A stretch of DNA of 64,000 nt from positions 4,649-68,648 of the forward strand of contig CANPUE010000006.1 in NCBI GenBank assembly GCA_947577185.1, given 5' to 3'. Origin of the DNA: an uncultured Lachnospiraceae bacterium. GTDB lineage: Bacteria > Bacillota > Clostridia > Lachnospirales > Lachnospiraceae. The number at the start of each line of letters is the position of its first letter. Within the stretch, counting starts at the first letter, position 1. Positions 28,416 to 37,398 of the stretch are shown here, one piece after another. Made by a program: the position numbers and the translations under genes. The notes beneath the pieces are model-generated. The model had not been told where the DNA came from, made no database searches, and saw nothing but the letters and a program-made list of their open reading frames with translations.

Positions 28416-30653
28416 TCAGACACGCACTTTAACGCCTCTGGTGTCTCTGCTTGCTGATTTGAGTTTATTCAGCTCAATCATTTTCCCTTTATATTCGATG
28501 GTCTTATCGTCCGTGTGGCGGGTGTACCAGACCTCTTCCAGATGGTCATCGGCACCCAGTTTCATGCCCCGTACGCCGATCGCGCCTTTTTTCTTTTCCG
28601 GAATCTCTTCTAAGGAAAAACGCAGAAAATAGCCATCTTTAGACTGCAAGATGATATTTTGCTGTTCTTTTAATGTTACGACACTGATCACTTCGTCACC
28701 ATCCGACAGCTTGGTCGCCGCTACCGTTCGTTTGGCTACATCGAACTCTCCGCCGTCGACGATTTTGAGCATTGCCTGCTTCGTGGCAAAAATGACACGG
28801 TACAGATTCAGATCCGTCTGGCTGGCGGCAAATACAATGTTTTCCTTTGAGGAATCATAGTTACTGATATTATCGACCGGAACCCCCTTATCCCTGAACT
28901 TTCCAAAGGGAATATCCATCGCCTTGATCGTATGAAGCTGTCCCGTGTTAGTGAACAGACAGACTTTTCCGGTATTTTTGAAGGAAAAGACATATTTGTT
29001 TTCCGTAATGACAGATTCTTTGTTCCGCTCATAAGTCTGCATGTCGATCGTTCTTGCATACCCGAAGCGGTCCATCAAAAAGACAATGTCCATCTCTTCC
29101 GCTTTTTTCTCAATATAGACGGCTTCGCCGGCGTTGGTGATCTGTGTCCTTCTTTTTCTGCCATAGGAACTCCTGATCTGATCAAGTTCGTTGATGATGA
29201 CCTGTGCCATGGAGTCGCGTCTGGCCAGAATATCCTCATAACGATAGATATTTGCCAGCGTATCCTCATGCTCACCGATCAGCGCTTCGATCTCCAGACC
29301 GATCAACTTGTAAAGACGCATTTCCAAAATAGCATTTGCCTGTTTTTCCGTGAACATCAGCTGTGCCGCCATGACTTTGGACTCTCTGGAGCGGAACTTA
29401 ATACCGTCGGTTTTTCCTTCCACGAGACAGGCTTTGGCCATCGCTCTGTCTTTGGAGCCGCGCAGGACTTCGATGATCAGGTCGATCACGTTACATGCCT
29501 TGATCAGACCCTCCTGCACTTCCTTTTTGTCCAGTTCTTTTGCGAGCAGATTCTGATATTTTCTGGTGGCGGTCTCATACTGAAAATCCACGTTGGCCCG
29601 GATGATCTGCTTTAGCCCCATTGTCTCCGGCCTGCCGTTTGCGATCGCAAGCATATTGACGCCGAATGTGTCTTCCAGTTTTGTCTTTTTATAGAGCAGA
29701 TTCTTGAAATTCTCCACATCGGCATCCTTGCGCAGTTCTATGACAATGCGGATGCCTTCTTTGGATGACTGGTTGGTGATGTCAATGATATCCTGTGTCT
29801 TTTTCGATTCGGCAAGCGATGCGACATCCATCAGGAATTTGCCGATATAGGCGCCGATCATCGTGTAGGGAATCTCGGTGATGACCAGATTGATCTTCCC
29901 GCCTTTGCCCTTTTCCACTTCCACTTTCCCGCGGACTTTGATCTTTCCCGTGCCGGTTTCATAAATTTCCAGCAGTTCGTCCTGATTGATGACAATGCCG
30001 CCGGTCGGAAAGTCTGGTCCTTTCACATAACGCATCAATTCTCTTGTCGTGATGTTCTCATCGAGCATATACGCTTTCATCGCCTGAATGACTTCCGCAA
30101 GGTTGTGCGGGGGTATGCTGGTCGCCATTCCGACGGCAATGCCTTCTGAGCCGTTGATCAGAAGATTCGGAATCTTTACAGGCAAAACAGAGGGTTCTTT
30201 CTCCGTTTCGTCAAAATTGGGTACAAAATCCACGACATCTTTATCCAGATCTGACAAAAAGGCTTCCTGTGTGATCCGGGCGAGCCGCGCTTCGGTATAA
30301 CGCATCGCCGCGGCGCCGTCTCCTTCGATATTCCCAAAGTTTCCGTGTCCGTCGATCAGCGGCAGTCCCTTTTTAAAGTCCTGCGTCATGACGACGAGGG
30401 CGTCATAAATGGAACTGTCGCCGTGCGGATGGTATTTACCCATCGTATCCCCGACAATACGTGCCGATTTACGGTACGGTCTGTCGTAACGGATGCCGAG
30501 TTCATACATATCGTAGAGCGTCCTGCGCTGCACGGGTTTTAGGCCGTCACGCACATCCGGCAGCGCTCTGGCAATTATGACGCTCATTGCATAGTCGATA
30601 AAAGATTTCTGCATGACTTCGGAATATTCGGTTTTGATGATCCTGTCGTCCAT
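28416..30653 (-). CDS. parC: Type IIA topoisomerase subunit A, probably topoisomerase IV
   Basis: [33 protein letters not shown]; short CTD with no GyrA box. Confidence 0.8.
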   Translation of the reverse strand: MDDRIIKTEYSEVMQKSFIDYAMSVIIARALPDVRDGLKPVQRRTLYDMYELGIRYDRPYRKSARIVGDTMGKYHPHGDSSIYDALVVMTQDFKKGLPLIDGHGNFGNIEGDGAAAMRYTEARLARITQEAFLSDLDKDVVDFVPNFDETEKEPSVLPVKIPNLLINGSEGIAVGMATSIPPHNLAEVIQAMKAYMLDENITTRELMRYVKGPDFPTGGIVINQDELLEIYETGTGKIKVRGKVEVEKGKGGKINLVITEIPYTMIGAYIGKFLMDVASLAESKKTQDIIDITNQSSKEGIRIVIELRKDADVENFKNLLYKKTKLEDTFGVNMLAIANGRPETMGLKQIIRANVDFQYETATRKYQNLLAKELDKKEVQEGLIKACNVIDLIIEVLRGSKDRAMAKACLVEGKTDGIKFRSRESKVMAAQLMFTEKQANAILEMRLYKLIGLEIEALIGEHEDTLANIYRYEDILARRDSMAQVIINELDQIRSSYGRKRRTQITNAGEAVYIEKKAEEMDIVFLMDRFGYARTIDMQTYERNKESVITENKYVFSFKNTGKVCLFTNTGQLHTIKAMDIPFGKFRDKGVPVDNISNYDSSKENIVFAASQTDLNLYRVIFATKQAMLKIVDGGEFDVAKRTVAATKLSDGDEVISVVTLKEQQNIILQSKDGYFLRFSLEEIPEKKKGAIGVRGMKLGADDHLEEVWYTRHTDDKTIEYKGKMIELNKLKSASRDTRGVKVRV

Positions 30654-30712
30654 AAAATTTCTCCTACATTACAGGCTTCATACAGCGCCTGTTGTTTCAA
30701 TCTGGTCCGTCG

Positions 30713-32635
30713 TCAGACATCCAGCTCCGCCTCTTTGGCGTGCCGGTAGATAAATTGTTTCCTCGGCGGGACTTCCGTGCCCATTAACAGTTCTGTCACT
30801 TCCGAGGCCATTCTCGCATCTTCGATCTCCACCAGTTTTAAAAGTCTCGTCTCCGGGTCAAGCGTTGTCTCCCAGAGCTGGTCGGCGTCCATCTCGCCCA
30901 GACCTTTGTAGCGCTGTAAGGTAAAGGGGCCTTTGTGCCGCTTCCTGTATTTTTCCAGCGCCTTATCATCATAGAGATATTCTTCTTTCCCTTTAGAGGG
31001 CATCGCCTTATAAAGCGGCGGCATGGCGATATAGACATGTCCCTCGAAAATGAGCTCCGGCATGAAACGATAAAACAGGGTCAGCAGCAGATTGGAAATA
31101 TGCGCGCCGTCCACGTCGGCATCGGCCATGATGATGATTTTGTCATACCGCAGTCTGGATATGTCAAAATCGTTGCCGTACCCTTCCGAAAAACCACAGC
31201 CGAACGCATTGATCATCGTCTTGATCTCCGCGTTGGCCAAAATCTTGTCGATACTGGCCTTTTCCACATTTAAGATTTTACCGCGGATTGGCAGAATCGC
31301 CTGAAACATACGGTTCCGCGCAGTCTTGGCACTGCCGCCCGCAGAATCGCCCTCCACGATAAAAATCTCGCATTTGGAGGGATCTTTGGATTCGCAGTTG
31401 GCCAGTTTGCCGTTGGAGTCGAAGGAAAATTTCTGCTTTGTCAGCATGTTCGTCCTGGCCTTCTCTTCCGCTTTGCGGATCTTTGCGGCCTTTTCCGCAC
31501 AGCCGATAATGCTCTTTAGTGTATCAAGGTTTCTGTCAAAATAGCGGACGATCTCATCTCCGGTTACCTTGCTGACGACTTTGGCGGCATCCTGATTGTC
31601 AAGTTTTGTCTTGGTCTGTCCTTCAAATCTGGGATCGGGGTGTTTGATCGAGATCACGGCAGTCATGCCGTTTCTGATATCCGCGCCCGTAAAGTTGATA
31701 TCTTTTTCCTTTAAGATATTCAGATCTCTTGCGTAGGTATTGATAACGTTTGTGAACATCGTCTTAAAGCCGGTCAGGTGTGTCCCACCCTCTGCATTAT
31801 AGATATTGTTGCAAAAACCGAGTACGTTTTCGTGGAATTCATTGACATACTGGAAAGCCGCTTCCACGGTGATCCCTTCGGCCTCGCCGCTAAAAAAGAT
31901 CACATCATGGATCGTCTCTTTGGATTTGTTCATATCTTTAATAAAGCCGGTCAGACCTTCCGGTTCATGAAATTCAATCTTTTCCGGTTTCTCTTTTCTC
32001 TTATCCTCGAAAATGATCGTCAGATTGGGGTTTAAGTAAGCCGTTTCGTGAAGACGGCTCTTGACGTCGTCCTCTTTGAATCTGGTCTTGTCAAATATCG
32101 TGTCATCAGGCAGAAACGATATTTTCGTGCCGGTCTCCTTTGTCTTACCGATGACCGGCAGAAGGCCGTTTTTTAATTCCAGGGCAGGAATCCCCCGTTC
32201 ATATCTGTCTTCATAAATATAACCGTCTGTCTTAACGACAACGTGCATCCATGTGGATAACGCATTGACGACCGAGGAACCTACGCCGTGCAGGCCGCCG
32301 CTCGTCTTGTAAGCGTCGTTGTCAAATTTGCCCCCCGCATGAAGGGTCGTAAAAACGAGGCGCTCCGCACTGATGCCTTTTTCATGCATACCTACGGGGA
32401 TGCCTCTTCCGTTGTCTTCTATTGTCGCGGAACCGTCCGCCTCCAGGGTGACATGTATGGTATTGCAGTATCCCGCCAGATGCTCGTCCACCGCGTTATC
32501 TACGATTTCATAGATGAGATGGTTGAGCCCTTTGGTTGAGACGCTTCCGATATACATACCGGGTCTTACTCTGACTGCTTCCAACCCTTCCAGTACGGTA
32601 ATGCTCGAAGCGTCGTATTTATTATCTTTTGCCAC
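30713..32635 (-). CDS. parE: Type IIA topoisomerase subunit B, probably topoisomerase IV
   Basis: EIVDNAVDE, SGGLHGVG, EGDSAGG, DADVDG, RYKGLGEM; GTG start with GAGGTG RBS. Confidence 0.8.
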   Translation of the reverse strand: MAKDNKYDASSITVLEGLEAVRVRPGMYIGSVSTKGLNHLIYEIVDNAVDEHLAGYCNTIHVTLEADGSATIEDNGRGIPVGMHEKGISAERLVFTTLHAGGKFDNDAYKTSGGLHGVGSSVVNALSTWMHVVVKTDGYIYEDRYERGIPALELKNGLLPVIGKTKETGTKISFLPDDTIFDKTRFKEDDVKSRLHETAYLNPNLTIIFEDKRKEKPEKIEFHEPEGLTGFIKDMNKSKETIHDVIFFSGEAEGITVEAAFQYVNEFHENVLGFCNNIYNAEGGTHLTGFKTMFTNVINTYARDLNILKEKDINFTGADIRNGMTAVISIKHPDPRFEGQTKTKLDNQDAAKVVSKVTGDEIVRYFDRNLDTLKSIIGCAEKAAKIRKAEEKARTNMLTKQKFSFDSNGKLANCESKDPSKCEIFIVEGDSAGGSAKTARNRMFQAILPIRGKILNVEKASIDKILANAEIKTMINAFGCGFSEGYGNDFDISRLRYDKIIIMADADVDGAHISNLLLTLFYRFMPELIFEGHVYIAMPPLYKAMPSKGKEEYLYDDKALEKYRKRHKGPFTLQRYKGLGEMDADQLWETTLDPETRLLKLVEIEDARMASEVTELLMGTEVPPRKQFIYRHAKEAELDV

Positions 32636-32712
32636 TGAAATACACCTCACAGATTAACATTCGTGAATAGTTTAACATATGTTTATGTGAACTGTAAAGG
32701 TTAAAATAACGC

Positions 32713-33462
32713 CTACAATCTGCGCTCCTCCAACACCTCGTACAAATATTCCCGCCCCCGTTTTCCCGGCCGTTTCAGCAGGCCCATATGAAAAAGAACA
32801 TGAAGCGTTATCTGCGAAAGGTCGCGGTGAATGTGCACCGCTGCGGCAAATTCTTTGACGGTAAACGGTTCTGCCAGCTCATAGGGAATGATCTGGACGA
32901 AATCTTCCGGGCGTTCGATCAGGATCTCATCATACAGGGAAAGCGGCATTCTGTCATAACGGCTGCCTTTTCTTCTCCTGCCGCGTCCGCTCATCTGGAG
33001 CAGCCGGTACTCATCCATATCGATCAACGGGAACGCAAACGAAAGGTTTGGATGCGTCAGGTGATCTTTTATTTTATATAATTCCGGAAACGCGCTGTAT
33101 ACACTACCTGTCACCGGTGATTTTCTTTTTTTGGACAAAGAGCCGCTCTCCGCGTCCAGATAGATGACCCATTTAAAATGAGGGATCGGCAGTACAACCG
33201 TAACCGGGTAAAGTGGCAGGAACGCTTTTAATTTATCGCGCAGTCGGTTGAAATTGCCGTTTTGGATCTCAATGATGCGGCTGCCTGTATAAATATCAGC
33301 GATGTAGCCTTCGATCGGCACTTCATGACAGTCAATATCAGGTTCATAATACAGCTTCATGACCGCGTGCACGGTCTTCTCCTGCAGCGTGCCGAAACCA
33401 TGCGGATCATGCTGCTTTAATAACACTTTAACCTTTGCCTGTTCAAATGCCTCTTTATCCAT
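32713..33462 (-). CDS. Hypothetical protein; PD-(D/E)XK-like motif and C-terminal winged-helix-like segment
   Basis: HEV...IADI...IIEIQ; FTVKEFA...LFHMGLL...KRGREYLY. Confidence 0.65.
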   Translation of the reverse strand: MDKEAFEQAKVKVLLKQHDPHGFGTLQEKTVHAVMKLYYEPDIDCHEVPIEGYIADIYTGSRIIEIQNGNFNRLRDKLKAFLPLYPVTVVLPIPHFKWVIYLDAESGSLSKKRKSPVTGSVYSAFPELYKIKDHLTHPNLSFAFPLIDMDEYRLLQMSGRGRRRKGSRYDRMPLSLYDEILIERPEDFVQIIPYELAEPFTVKEFAAAVHIHRDLSQITLHVLFHMGLLKRPGKRGREYLYEVLEERRL

Positions 33463-33656
33463 TCCGTTGTCCTCTGCTTTTGTTTTCTACCGTATATTTT
33501 ACAATAGGAATCAAGCAGGAACAAGCTTAATATTGTATCAACATTTGCCTCGATTCTGATTTTTTTGATTTACAATAGTGCGGATCTGCTTTATAATTTT
33601 AGTATAATCCGCGATTTGTACGGACAATATTTTAGGGATAAGATTAAAGGATCACT

Positions 33657-34754
33657 ATGAAAATAACTCCTGATACACGCAGATATTTTGAAAAAATGGT
33701 GGAAACCGATACCTTGAAATACAGCCTGATCACATATTGCATCCTGACAGTGCATGTGATCCTTTTTGTGCTTTTTTTGTTTCTTCATGTAATGCCGCTT
33801 GTTCTTTTTAATATCGGCAGTGTATGCATTTATTTATACTGTACGAGGATCCTCAAATCGGGGGAATCTCCGATCAGGGTCTTTTATATCACCTATCTGG
33901 AGATCATTGCCTATTCGTTTGTGGCGGCGATCTGTGTGGGCTGGCGTTTCGGATTTTCGCAGTATATCATCGGGCTGATTCCGTTTGGATATTATATGTG
34001 CTATACGCTGATTGAGGGAAACCGAAAGTATTTTATCGCTACAGCACTTGGTTTTTTTGCATTTTTCTGCTTTATCGGCTGCCGCATGCTTTCCCTTTAT
34101 ACAGGCGCGATCTATGAAATGGATCTTCCTCCTGTCGGAGAACTGATGATTTATATCTTCAATTCGATCTGCAATTTTACTTTTTTGCTGATGGTATCTT
34201 TGATCTTTATCATGGAAATGCAGGCGGCAACGACCAAACTGAGCAGCCAGAATACCATTCTGGATAAGCTGGCGAGTATCGATCCGCTGACCGGACTCTA
34301 TAACCGGCGGAGTATGCAGGTTTTTCTGAACCATGCACTGGAATCAGGTGAGAATTTCTGTCTGGTCATGTGTGATATTGATAATTTTAAGCGGGTGAAT
34401 GATACTTATGGACATGATTCGGGAGATGTCGTCTTAAAAGAAATTTCAAAGATCATTCAGCAGCAGGTAAAAGACCATGGTTATGTATGCCGCTGGGGCG
34501 GGGAAGAGATTCTGATTCTGAGCAATGCGCCTTTGGACTATACGTGTCAGATGGCAGAAACGATCCGCCGGAGCGTGGAAAGCTTTCTCTTTTATTTCAA
34601 TGAAACGATCGTACACTGTACGCTCACGCTCGGAACCGCCTCGCACAGAGACGGAGAGACTGTCGAAGATACCATAATGCATGCGGATTCCAGGCTTTAT
34701 TATGGAAAACAAAACGGAAAAAACAGGGTGGTATCTCCTTACGATACCCCCTGA
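33657..34754 (+). CDS. Membrane-bound diguanylate cyclase (GGDEF)
   Basis: Multiple TM segments, DPLTGLYNRR, DIDNFKRVNDTYGH, RWGGEEI. Confidence 0.92.
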   Translation: MKITPDTRRYFEKMVETDTLKYSLITYCILTVHVILFVLFLFLHVMPLVLFNIGSVCIYLYCTRILKSGESPIRVFYITYLEIIAYSFVAAICVGWRFGFSQYIIGLIPFGYYMCYTLIEGNRKYFIATALGFFAFFCFIGCRMLSLYTGAIYEMDLPPVGELMIYIFNSICNFTFLLMVSLIFIMEMQAATTKLSSQNTILDKLASIDPLTGLYNRRSMQVFLNHALESGENFCLVMCDIDNFKRVNDTYGHDSGDVVLKEISKIIQQQVKDHGYVCRWGGEEILILSNAPLDYTCQMAETIRRSVESFLFYFNETIVHCTLTLGTASHRDGETVEDTIMHADSRLYYGKQNGKNRVVSPYDTP

Positions 34755-34766
34755 TTCGAATTCATA

Positions 34767-35522
34767 CTATAATTTTCTGGCATGCCGGTCGCCGTTTAAG
34801 ATCCGCTCTCTGTCGGAAGCGTTTGGCTCCACCATTTTTCCGGTCTTATCATAATAGGTGAGCAGCGTGGAATTTCTGGCAATTGTCTTTTGGCCGTTAT
34901 CCGTTAAAAGGCTGATCACCTGATTCAAATCCCCATTTCTCAAATAAGGCTGTATCTGGCTGTCTAAGCGAAGTTCATGTGCTTTTGCCGCTTCGGGACT
35001 GTCTGCCTGCGGTGTGACTGCCAGGGAATCGGATGTCTCGATAGATGCCTCTGCCGCGGCCGTATCCAGTGCCGTCTGAAAATCTGCCGGCTGGCCCTCA
35101 GCGGTCTCTTCCGCCCCGGCCGCCTGTGTGGATGCGTCTTCAGGTTCATTCCAGATCTTATAAAAAAAATCTTTTATGGCTGAGACAGCCGTTTCAAAAA
35201 ACGTCCGCACAGTTTCCAACATCGATGATAAGTCTGTTTTTGTCTGCGCGCCGGCCTTAGCCGCTGTCTGCCGCGGAGCCGTGCCTGCACGCTGACCGGG
35301 TGCGGACAGTTCCAGCCTGACTCCGTTTCGCTCTACACGCTCCTTTTGTTTTTCCTCAGAGACTTCCCTCTCCTGCTCCTTTTTCTCCCCGGAAGTCTGC
35401 GTGGTCTCACGGCGTTTATATTCCAGACTGAACTTTTCATCGGTATCGGGAACTTTGTCGCTTTTTACCTTCGTATATTCATAATATTTGTTTCCATCGA
35501 TTCTGTCAATTCTGTTTGCCAT
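34767..35522 (-). CDS. Hypothetical protein, probably leaderless
   Basis: Hydrophilic ORF of about 250 aa; ATG 6 nt after TGcTATAAT with no RBS. Confidence 0.65.
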   Translation of the reverse strand: MANRIDRIDGNKYYEYTKVKSDKVPDTDEKFSLEYKRRETTQTSGEKKEQEREVSEEKQKERVERNGVRLELSAPGQRAGTAPRQTAAKAGAQTKTDLSSMLETVRTFFETAVSAIKDFFYKIWNEPEDASTQAAGAEETAEGQPADFQTALDTAAAEASIETSDSLAVTPQADSPEAAKAHELRLDSQIQPYLRNGDLNQVISLLTDNGQKTIARNSTLLTYYDKTGKMVEPNASDRERILNGDRHARKL

Positions 35523-35588
35523 ATTGTTATTATAGCAAATTGACGGGAGAAAATCTATCTGCAAATGAAATGAAAGATTAAAAATATT

Positions 35589-35652
35589 TGCAAAGTGCAC
35601 TTGACATTTCTTGCAAAGCATACTATACTAAAAGTGCAAAGCAAGCTTAGCA
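35589..35652 (+). promoter_or_regulatory. SigA promoter overlapped by three tandem 18-bp operators
   Basis: TTGACA(35601)-N17-TATACT(35624); TGCAAAG at 35589, 35612 and 35635. Confidence 0.8.
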
Positions 35653-35677
35653 AATACAACAGGGAAAGTGAGGACCT

Positions 35678-35884
35678 ATGAAAAACAGGATTAAAGAACT
35701 TCGTAAGGAGCGAAAAATGTCCCAGGAGGATCTGGCCTGTGCAGTCGGAACCACCAGACAGACAATCACATCCATCGAAGTGGAAAAGTATACGGCGTCT
35801 TTGGTGCTGGCATACAAAATTGCCCGCTATTTCGGATTGTCGATCGAAGAAGTATTTGATTTTTCAGATGTGGAGGAGATATGA
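35678..35884 (+). CDS. XRE/Cro-family HTH regulator
   Basis: MKNRIKELRK...SQEDLA...TRQTI...LAYKIA...IEEVF. Confidence 0.93.
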   Translation: MKNRIKELRKERKMSQEDLACAVGTTRQTITSIEVEKYTASLVLAYKIARYFGLSIEEVFDFSDVEEI

Positions 35885-36339
35885 TCATGGATAAGATGAG
35901 ACAGGAAGTAAAAGAAAAATTAACATATTGGACGAGGATATGTGCTATGTTTACGTGTTTAATCATGGCTGAAAGTTTGAGACATTTTCATTCCAATGCC
36001 GGCGCAGACAATTTCAACAGCTTTTTTGATGGGTTCCAGTTTGGGATTTCACTGGTATTTCTGATCTATGCGTTGAAAAATATTGTGACACACAGGAATC
36101 TGCTAAAGGATGAGGCACAGCTGAAACGCTGGTACATTCAGGTGCATGACGAGAGAACTGCCGCAATCTGTGCCAAAACAGGCGGTATCCCCATGCATAC
36201 ATGCGGTGTTTTGTTTGTGGGAGCAGGCATTATTGCAGGATATTTTAATATCACAGTGTTTATCACACTGACAGTATGCGGTGTCTTTCTCCTGATCGTC
36301 TGCAAGGGATTATATGTGTATTATTCCCGGAAAATGTAG
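35881..36339 (+). CDS. Hypothetical membrane protein (about 4 TM), coupled to the XRE gene
   Basis: ATGA overlap with the XRE stop; DER motif between hydrophobic segments. Confidence 0.8.
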   Translation: MIMDKMRQEVKEKLTYWTRICAMFTCLIMAESLRHFHSNAGADNFNSFFDGFQFGISLVFLIYALKNIVTHRNLLKDEAQLKRWYIQVHDERTAAICAKTGGIPMHTCGVLFVGAGIIAGYFNITVFITLTVCGVFLLIVCKGLYVYYSRKM

Positions 36340-36372
36340 AATCAGTACTCCGTATGTAAACGCTTAAAGCAC

Positions 36373-36428
36373 AAAACCACCTTATGAGGAAGGACAGAGA
36401 AACAAAACTTCTTCATAAGGTGGTTTTT
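36373..36428. terminator. Bidirectional intrinsic terminator
   Basis: AAAACCACCTTATGA...TCATAAGGTGGTTTT between convergent genes. Confidence 0.8.
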
Positions 36429-36456
36429 TCATGAACTTATGAACTTATAAACTTTA

Positions 36457-37386
36457 TCACTCACGAATCTCTTCGTGAATGGAATGATCAGCTCCCTGCG
36501 GTTTTATGAAATTACACAATTGAATTTTATGCAATACGCCTGACTGTTCAAAAACAAAGAGATTGATCTCCTGTCTGATATCATATTTGTAAGTCATTTT
36601 ATAGTAGACGGTACTGCCGTCGCCGCCAAAATCCGCCGCTGGATCTCCATAAGCCGCTTTGATGTCGTCCGCGTTCGAAACACCCCACCTGATGCCGCCC
36701 GGTAGAAGAATCTCCCAGCCGCAGTCCGCCAGGTAACTGTGTTCCAGTTCGATCCCCACTACCTGACAATCCGAAAAAGCCGCCGTATCTGTGGACAGAT
36801 TGGCTAAACTTACAGAAATAGAGGCATTTTCTTTTGTCCAGTGCTCGTTGGAAGTATACTGACCCGCTGATAAAGTTTCTGAATGATCTCCCATATACTC
36901 CCATCCCAGTGCTTCCAGATCAGAATACCCCATAGGAAACTGATAAACTGTTCCGTCAATGGAAATCTGGAAATCGTAGAGATCATCCGAAAGCTGATCC
37001 GGGAATACAGCAGAAATATCTGTGGAAGCCGAAGTTTCTGATTTTGATGTTATTGCTGAATTTGACGTTGTTTCTGGTTTTGCTGTCAATTCTGAATTTG
37101 ACGTTATTTCTGATTCTGATGTTATTTCTGGTTCTGACGTTATTTCTGTGCCGGTGTCTGTTTCTGGCGCCGTGCTTTGTGTATCCAAAGAAGATTTTTC
37201 CTCTGTTGGAGGGGTGACATCTGCATTCTGCGGTCTGTCGGGTGCAGTGTCTTCCGCCTGCAGGTTTTCCTGCAGGCCTGTACTGGCATCTGTTTCTGCC
37301 TTTTGTGTACAGGCATTTACAATGAGCGCACAGCACGACGCCAGCAACAGGGGGAAAAATCTTTTTTTAATACTTATTTTCATCAA
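36457..37386 (-). CDS. Putative lipoprotein with Ser/Thr/Glu-rich linker
   Basis: Basic plus hydrophobic signal peptide, VNAC lipobox-like motif, low-complexity linker, globular C-terminus. Confidence 0.75.
   Translation of the reverse strand: MMKISIKKRFFPLLLASCCALIVNACTQKAETDASTGLQENLQAEDTAPDRPQNADVTPPTEEKSSLDTQSTAPETDTGTEITSEPEITSESEITSNSELTAKPETTSNSAITSKSETSASTDISAVFPDQLSDDLYDFQISIDGTVYQFPMGYSDLEALGWEYMGDHSETLSAGQYTSNEHWTKENASISVSLANLSTDTAAFSDCQVVGIELEHSYLADCGWEILLPGGIRWGVSNADDIKAAYGDPAADFGGDGSTVYYKMTYKYDIRQEINLFVFEQSGVLHKIQLCNFIKPQGADHSIHEEIRE
37035..37148. repeat. Degenerate 18-bp in-frame tandem repeat (about 6.3 copies)
   Basis: TTTCTGrTTyTGAyGTTA-like units encoding TSEPEI/TSESEI/TSNSEL/TAKPET/TSNSAI/TSKSET. 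Confidence 0.85.
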
Positions 37387-37398
37387 ATTACCGCCTTA

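Noticed and set aside
32672-32685. AACATATGTT palindrome upstream of parE as an SOS box
   Set aside because: Lacks the flanking G/C of GAAC-N4-GTTC; too weak to call
37035-37148. Repeat array considered as a CRISPR
   Set aside because: Contiguous 18-bp in-frame coding repeats with no spacers and no cas genes
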